Assembly: GCA_963662335.2 (NCBI GenBank)
Contig: CAXXVD010000002.1
Span: 768,001 to 832,000 of the forward strand
DNA: 64,000 bases
DNA from: Chloroflexota bacterium
GTDB taxonomy: Bacteria > Chloroflexota > UBA11872 > VXOZ01
Direction: 5' to 3'
Shown: piece after piece, positions 58,626 through 64,000 of the stretch
Position numbering within the stretch: position 1 is the stretch's first letter
How the letters are laid out: each line of letters opens with the position of its first letter
Program-made: the position numbers and the translations under genes
The notes under the pieces: generated by a model
The model's input: the letters and a program-made list of their open reading frames with translations, nothing else
Databases searched by the model: none
What the model was told of the DNA's origin: nothing

Positions 58626-59396
58626 ATGAGCACGGTTATCGCGATTGCCAATCAAAAGGGCGGCGTGGGCAAGACGACTACGGCCGTCAACCTGGGCGCG
58701 TACCTGGCAATGCGGCGGCAGGACGTGCTGCTGGTAGACCTGGATCCGCAGGCGAACACCACCGGCGGCCTGGGCATTCCCAAGCAAGACCCCAGCATCT
58801 ACCACGCAATGCGCGGCGGCACGGCGGCGCGGGAACGCATCGTGCCGGTGGCGGACGCGCCCAATCTCTCGCTGTTGCCGTCCAGCCCGGCGCTGGCCGG
58901 CCTGGAGGCGGAGGCCGTGGAACTGCCGGAGCGCGAGTATCTTCTGCGCGCCGCGCTCGCGCCGCTGCGGGACGAGTATGCGTACGTGCTGATAGACTGT
59001 CCGCCGTCGCTGGGCATGTTGACCGTGAATGGCCTCTGCGCCGCCGACGAGGTGATAATTCCCGTGCAGTGCGAGTACCTGGCGCTGGAGGGCCTGGCGC
59101 AACTGCTGGATTCGGTGCGGCGCGTGCGCGGCGGCTTGCACCCCGCGCTGGGCCGGGTGCGCATTCTCCTGACCATGTTCGACACGCGCACGCGCCTGGC
59201 GCAGCAGGTGCGGGACGAGGTGCGGGCGCATTTTCCCGGCCAGGTGTTCGCGACCGTGATCGCTCGCAACGTGCGCCTGGCGGAAGCGCCCAGCCACGGC
59301 CGCACGATATTGGCGTATGACCCATTCTCGAAAGGCGCCGAAGCGTACCGGCTCCTGGCGGAGGAAGTATCGGGCAGTAGCGGTCATACGCGGTAA
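58626..59396 (+). CDS. parA: Chromosome partitioning ATPase ParA/Soj
   Basis: 'NQKGGVGKTTT', 'DLDPQAN', 'IDCPPSLG', 'PVQCEYLALEG', 'RNVRLAEAPSHG'. Confidence 0.96.
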   Translation: MSTVIAIANQKGGVGKTTTAVNLGAYLAMRRQDVLLVDLDPQANTTGGLGIPKQDPSIYHAMRGGTAARERIVPVADAPNLSLLPSSPALAGLEAEAVELPEREYLLRAALAPLRDEYAYVLIDCPPSLGMLTVNGLCAADEVIIPVQCEYLALEGLAQLLDSVRRVRGGLHPALGRVRILLTMFDTRTRLAQQVRDEVRAHFPGQVFATVIARNVRLAEAPSHGRTILAYDPFSKGAEAYRLLAEEVSGSSGHTR

Positions 59397-59496
59397 TCGA
59401 GCGCAAGCGTCATTCCGAGCGCAGTGAGGAATCTACGGCCGTAGCGCGGGGGCTTGTCCCCCGCTCCGCACCATGCAAACTCAGGAGCGGCACACC

Positions 59497-59640
59497 GTAG
59501 CGCGGGGGCTTGTCCCACGCTGGAGCCATTGAAACTGGCACGCAGAGAATTGACCTAACAGCTTCGCAGGTTACAAACCTGCGCTACCGGAGATTTGGGA
59601 CGCGAGTTCTGCTGTCTCTCTGTTTAATGCGACAGCATTG
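59497..59640. mobile_element. MITE copy lacking one TIR (144 bp), between parA and parB
   Basis: Nearly identical to the reverse complement of 51388-51531; ends in ttaatgcgacagcattg followed by gggcttgtccc. Confidence 0.8.
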
Positions 59641-59787
59641 GGGCTTGTCCCCCGCCGGGCAGGGCGGCTGTTTGGGCGGAGAGGATGGATTCCGGCTTGC
59701 GCCGGAATGACAGACGGAGCCGGAATGACGGATGGTGCCGGAATGGCGGACGAAATCGGATTGGCGGCTGCAAGGAGATAGGCGAGG

Positions 59788-60621
59788 GTGTCACGTAAAG
59801 GCGGACTAGGTCGCGGACTCGGCGCGTTGCTGCCGGAATCCGGCTTGCAGGACGTGCCGGTGGAGCGCATTCACCCCAATCCCCTGCAGCCGCGGCAGGT
59901 GTTTGCCGAAGAAGAGCTGGCGGAACTCGCGCAATCGATCCGCGAGCACGGCATCTTACAGCCGGTGGTGGTCAGCCGCCAGCCGGAAGAGGGCGCATAC
60001 CAGTTGATCGTCGGCGAGCGCCGTTGGCGGGCGGCCCGGCAGGCGGGACTGGCTACCATTCCCGCGCTCATCCGGCCCACCGGCAGCCGCGAAGCGTTGG
60101 AATTGGCGCTGGTGGAGAATCTCCAGCGCGTCCGCCTCTCGCCGCTGGAGACCGCCGAGGCCTACGCGGCGCTCATGAGCGAATTCGGCATCACCCAGGA
60201 GCAGGTGGCGGCGCGCGTTGGCAAGAGCCGCTCGGCCGTGGCCAATACGCTCCGCCTGCTCAACCTGGCCGTCGCCGTGAAGGAAGCCCTGGCCGCCGGC
60301 ACGATCAGCGAAGGGCATGCCCGCGCCCTGCTGCGGCTCTCTACCGAACGGCAAGTCTTTGCCTTAGCTGAGATAGAGAAACGGGGCCTGAACGTGCGCC
60401 AGACCGAGCGGCTCGCGCAGCGGCTGCTCGCGTCGCCGCGTTCCGCCCGCGCCAAGCCGGTGGATCCGCGCAGCGGCGAGTGGGAAGACCTGCTGCGGCG
60501 GACGCTGGCGACGAGAGTGGAGATCCAGCGCCGGGGCAAGCGCGGCACGATTCGCATCCACTTCTATTCGGATGAAGACCTAGAGGCTCTAATAGACCGG
60601 CTGCTGGCGGATGAAGCGTAA
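59788..60621 (+). CDS. parB: Chromosome partitioning protein ParB/Spo0J
   Basis: 'GLGRGLGALL', 'NPLQPR', 'GILQP', 'GERRWRAA', 'ENLQR', HTH 'GKSRSAVANTLRLL'. Confidence 0.96.
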   Translation: MSRKGGLGRGLGALLPESGLQDVPVERIHPNPLQPRQVFAEEELAELAQSIREHGILQPVVVSRQPEEGAYQLIVGERRWRAARQAGLATIPALIRPTGSREALELALVENLQRVRLSPLETAEAYAALMSEFGITQEQVAARVGKSRSAVANTLRLLNLAVAVKEALAAGTISEGHARALLRLSTERQVFALAEIEKRGLNVRQTERLAQRLLASPRSARAKPVDPRSGEWEDLLRRTLATRVEIQRRGKRGTIRIHFYSDEDLEALIDRLLADEA

Positions 60622-60738
60622 GCGCCGTGTCGCTTCCTCGTCCCAATAGTCTCGCATACGGCTGTGCGCTTCAATAGATCGTCTTGTGTTAGGCTTATAG
60701 AGACCGTGTGCGTTGGCAGCGACAGAGAGAGGAACGCG

Positions 60739-61566
60739 GTGGACGATTCACCTTGGGTAGCGCTTGTAGGCCCGTTTCCAACGGAACTCCGCCCCACTAC
60801 GCGGTGGCGCGACCGCTATGGGCGCTTGCCCCGCACGATTCACGCGCGCGCGCTTGCAGAAGCGCTGGCGGACCCGGCGCTGGACAGCGTCATCCTGCAC
60901 TGGAACCTGCCGGAGCGCCCGGCGCTGGCGGAAGATGTGCTGGCGCGCGGCCTTCCGTTGTGTCTGCCCGGGCCTCTCGCGCGGGAAGAAGAGCGGCTGG
61001 TGCGCGCCGCCAACGGCTCAGTGTTTCTTGGCGCGCCGAGCAACGCGCTGCCCGCCGTGCGCGCCATGCGGCTGGCGCTTGGCGACGACACCACCGGTCC
61101 CGTGCGCTACGTCGCCGTGCGGCGGCTGACCCAACCCGCGCCCGGCGCGCCGCATTATGCGCCGCTGGCGGACGCGTTGGAGACTGCCGCCAGCTTTGTG
61201 CCGGGAGACCCGGCGTGGGTCTTTGCGCAGCGCGCCGAACGGGCGGAGACTACCACGATTATTGCCAATCTCCACTTCCCGGCGGCCGAGGTGATGGCGA
61301 CCTGGGCGCAGGCGCCGGGCGGCCCCGCGCACGATGACTGGCTGCTCTACGGCACGAAGGGCATGGTGCACCGGCGCGACGAGAATGCCGGCCACACCCT
61401 TGCCGCGCAATTGTTCGATCACTGGCTGAGCGTGCGCGGCGGGCGCGACGAACCGCTTCTGTGGCCGGAACAAGCCCTCACTGCGGCGCGTCTCGCCCGG
61501 GCGGTTGACCGTTCGCTCCAGGAACGCCGCCGTATCGCCTGGCAGGAGGTAGCTGACGATGGCTGA
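60739..61566 (+). CDS. Degenerate Gfo/Idh/MocA-like protein
   Basis: Residual similarity ('EALADPALDSVI', 'LLYGTKG', C-terminal 'AVDRSLQ') but lacks the GxG and EKP motifs; overlaps the next gene. Confidence 0.55.
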   Translation: MDDSPWVALVGPFPTELRPTTRWRDRYGRLPRTIHARALAEALADPALDSVILHWNLPERPALAEDVLARGLPLCLPGPLAREEERLVRAANGSVFLGAPSNALPAVRAMRLALGDDTTGPVRYVAVRRLTQPAPGAPHYAPLADALETAASFVPGDPAWVFAQRAERAETTTIIANLHFPAAEVMATWAQAPGGPAHDDWLLYGTKGMVHRRDENAGHTLAAQLFDHWLSVRGGRDEPLLWPEQALTAARLARAVDRSLQERRRIAWQEVADDG

Positions 61567-62611
61567 GAAACTGCGCGTGGGCCTGGTGAGCGGAATCCGC
61601 CATCAGGATGATTACGCCGCCTTCTTCGCGCGCCACCCGGCCGTGACCCTGGTCGGTCTGGCCGACGATGCTGATATTCCGGATGACTACCACGCGCTCA
61701 ACCGCGATCTGGCGGCGCAAGTCGGGCTGGAATACACCACGGATCTCGACGCTTTTCTCGCCCGCGACGACGTGGACGCCGTGTGCGTGGCGCCGGAGTA
61801 CGCCCGGCACACGCCGTTGGCGCTGCGCGCGCTGGCGGCGGACAAGCACGTGCTGGTGGATAAGCCGATCGGCATTACCCTCGAGCAGTGCGACGCGCTG
61901 ATTGCCGCGGCCCGCCGCACCCGGCGTACCTTTGCTTGGATTGCCCGCATCGGGCATCCCTCGCTCCAGCGGGCGCGGGACGCGGTGGCGGCCGGCGACC
62001 TCGGCGAGATCGTCAACGTAAACGCCCACTTTCTGGCCACCTACGGCAACGGCGAAAAGTGGGACGACGAGGAGTACGCCTTCTTCGATCCGGTCGTGAA
62101 CGGCGGCGGCGAACTGCTGAACTTCGGCCTCTATCCCCTCACCGCCATCTTGAACGTCACGGGGTTGGCCCCCGCCGCCGTGCATTGCGTCACAGGCGCG
62201 TACTTCAACCGCCCGCACCGCGAGTTCGACATCGAGGACATGGCGCTGCTGAATTGCGAAATGGAGAACGGCATTCTGGCCTCGGTCTGCGTCGGGCGCG
62301 GGCACGTGCCGGGCAACCTGCACCATAGCGACCTCTGGCTGGAGGTCACCGGCACGCGCGGCACGCTGGTGGCCGATGAACTGGAACCCGACGCGGTGCT
62401 CACCGGCCCGACGCCCGGCTACGTCGAGCGCCGCTACCGCTACGCGGACGGCATGCAGGCGCACTTCGACGCCGTTATCGAAAACTTCGTCTGGGCCGTC
62501 CGGACCGGCGGCGCGCCCTTCCTGGGCGCCGACGCGGCGGAAAAGGTGATGCACACGGTCTTTGCCGCCTACGCATCCGCCGCAACGGGCGCGGTGGTGA
62601 CCGTAGACTAA
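61559..62611 (+). CDS. Gfo/Idh/MocA family oxidoreductase
   Basis: 'KHVLVDKP', 'GGGELLNFGLY', 'VTGTRG'; GGAGG RBS. Confidence 0.9.
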   Translation: MAEKLRVGLVSGIRHQDDYAAFFARHPAVTLVGLADDADIPDDYHALNRDLAAQVGLEYTTDLDAFLARDDVDAVCVAPEYARHTPLALRALAADKHVLVDKPIGITLEQCDALIAAARRTRRTFAWIARIGHPSLQRARDAVAAGDLGEIVNVNAHFLATYGNGEKWDDEEYAFFDPVVNGGGELLNFGLYPLTAILNVTGLAPAAVHCVTGAYFNRPHREFDIEDMALLNCEMENGILASVCVGRGHVPGNLHHSDLWLEVTGTRGTLVADELEPDAVLTGPTPGYVERRYRYADGMQAHFDAVIENFVWAVRTGGAPFLGADAAEKVMHTVFAAYASAATGAVVTVD

Positions 62612-62851
62612 CCCGCTGTTGGCAATTTTCCTTGCCGTTGCCCGCCGGGCGGACGCGCAGCGGTTTCAAACCTGCGTCCTATCTTGGTACTATAATCCAT
62701 ATGGGGAATCAGTCATTGCGTGCGCCGACAGCAGGCGCGGCGTAGGGGCAAGACACGTCGTGCCCCTACGCCTGCGGAGCGCAGTTCCAGAGCCCGTGCA
62801 TTCGCCCGGGCGCTAGAATAGGCCGGGATCAGCGGCAAGGAGAAACCAACG

Positions 62852-63238
62852 GTGAGCGCCGGCAATTCAAGAAACGGCAGGGCGGCAAAACACCTGGACG
62901 TGAGTAACCGCTTCATTCGTCAAGCGCGGGAGGAGCTCGCCGCGGGCGACCGCCTGCAAGCATCGGAGAAGGCGTGGGGCGCGGCCGCGCACGCCGTGAA
63001 AGCGGCGGCAGAGCAACGAGGCTGGCAACACAATTCGCATGTGCGTTTCTTTGGCATTGTGAGCCGCATTGCTGACGAAGCCGGCGACCCCGAACTGCGC
63101 GACCTGTTCAGCACGGCAAACTCTCTCCATCAAAACTTCTATGAGGACTGGCAGGACGAGAAGTTTGTGCAGCGGGGCATAGAGCGGGTGCGCCTGCTTG
63201 TGCGCAAGATGGAGAGATACGCTGTTAGCTCTCCGTAA
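62852..63238 (+). CDS. PaREP1 / HEPN-like protein
   Basis: 'QASEKAWGAAA..VKA', 'SH', 'ANSLHQNFYE'. Confidence 0.8.
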   Translation: MSAGNSRNGRAAKHLDVSNRFIRQAREELAAGDRLQASEKAWGAAAHAVKAAAEQRGWQHNSHVRFFGIVSRIADEAGDPELRDLFSTANSLHQNFYEDWQDEKFVQRGIERVRLLVRKMERYAVSSP

Positions 63239-64000
63239 CGCGCGGCGGCTGATAGCGGGAGCGGCGCTTGCCTGCCTCTTGGCGCTTGTCACTGCCGCGA
63301 GCGTCCACGCCGCCGATTGCCAGTTCGTGCTCGGCTTCAAGATACTGCGCGATCTCATCGGCCACGACGTCGTCGGCGAGTGCCTGGAGAACGAGCGCTA
63401 CAACGCCACCGGCGACAGCGTGCAGCAGACCACGGGCGGCTTGCTGGTCTGGCGCAAGGCCGACAACTGGACCGCCTTCACCGACGGCTACCGCACCTGG
63501 CTCAACGGCCCCAACGGCCTGGAACAGCGCCTGAACACCGAGCGCTTCCCCTGGGAGCCGGACTACGCGCCGGGCGGCGGCGTTGCCACGCCGACGCCCA
63601 CACCGGTCCCGCCGCCGACGCCCACGCCGGCGCCGCTGCGCACGCCCAAACCGCCGCCGCCTACGCCGGCACCGGTTCCGCCGGTCGCGCCCACCGCCAC
63701 GCCAGCCCGCGCGCCGTTGCAGCCAGCAATTGACCCCAAGCTTAGCAATGCGCTACAGACGCTCAAGACCACGCCGGTAGGCGAGACTCTCTTCGCCTGG
63801 TTCGCAGAAGCGGCGCCCCGCCTCAGCTTTGGCGCGCCGCCCGCGGGCTGGACGTCCCGCTACTACGAACCGCCGCGCCACGAGATCGTCATCGACCGGG
63901 CGCTGCGCAACGAGAGCGCCGACGTGCTGGCGGCGCTCATCGCGTGGGAGACGGTGCTGGCCTACAACGCCAAGCACCGCGGCCGCCAGCGCGCGCGTTG
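63222..64000 (+). CDS. Secreted protein with Pro/Thr linker, truncated by right edge; start codon uncertain
   Basis: Read manually: signal peptide ...LLALVTAASVHA, then 'DCQFVLGFK.LRDLIG..VGECLENE...QQTTGGLLVWRKADNWTAFTDGYRTWLNGP', a PT-rich linker and a zincin-like 'LAALIAWE'. No in-frame ATG after the TAG at 63180. Confidence 0.7.
   Translation, partial: MLALRNARRLIAGAALACLLALVTAASVHAADCQFVLGFKILRDLIGHDVVGECLENERYNATGDSVQQTTGGLLVWRKADNWTAFTDGYRTWLNGPNGLEQRLNTERFPWEPDYAPGGGVATPTPTPVPPPTPTPAPLRTPKPPPPTPAPVPPVAPTATPARAPLQPAIDPKLSNALQTLKTTPVGETLFAWFAEAAPRLSFGAPPAGWTSRYYEPPRHEIVIDRALRNESADVLAALIAWETVLAYNAKHRGRQRAR

Noticed and set aside
58626-60740. parS site or replication origin near parAB
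   Set aside because: No tgtttcacgtgaaaca-like palindrome or DnaA-box cluster seen; usual origin neighbours (dnaA, rsmG, mnmG) are absent.

Overview
High-GC bacterial chromosomal segment; gene content and a typical secreted-protein family at the right edge suggest Chloroflexota (inference). The backbone is housekeeping and metabolic: a MoxR/DUF58/vWA operon, acs, a five-gene peptide/nickel ABC transporter, hisD/hisB, two GT9 glycosyltransferases, comA-ilvE-panG-like-panB-panC, terC, several Gfo/Idh/MocA oxidoreductases and parA/parB. Several visibly more AT-rich, defence-type inserts interrupt it. The best candidate for an undescribed system is a translationally coupled four-gene operon at 18929-23748: PP-loop/PAPS-reductase-like Cys-rich enzyme, SF2 DEAH helicase, MORC-type GHKL ATPase and PLD (HKD) nuclease, with no methyltransferase. 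Other inserts are a GmrSD (DUF262-DUF1524) nuclease fused to an AlbA_2/Schlafen domain, an AAA_21 ATPase + DUF3226 (TOPRIM-like) pair, and an HsdR_N nuclease fused to a SeqA-C-like domain. Intergenic DNA is dense with at least six palindromic repeat families. It also carries a 162-bp IS4-like MITE (17-bp TIRs, 11-bp GGG-N5-CCC target duplication) that carries REPs and inserts into REPs. A perfect 17-1-17 AT-rich palindrome lies upstream of terC. No rRNA, tRNA, CRISPR array or transposase gene was recognised.
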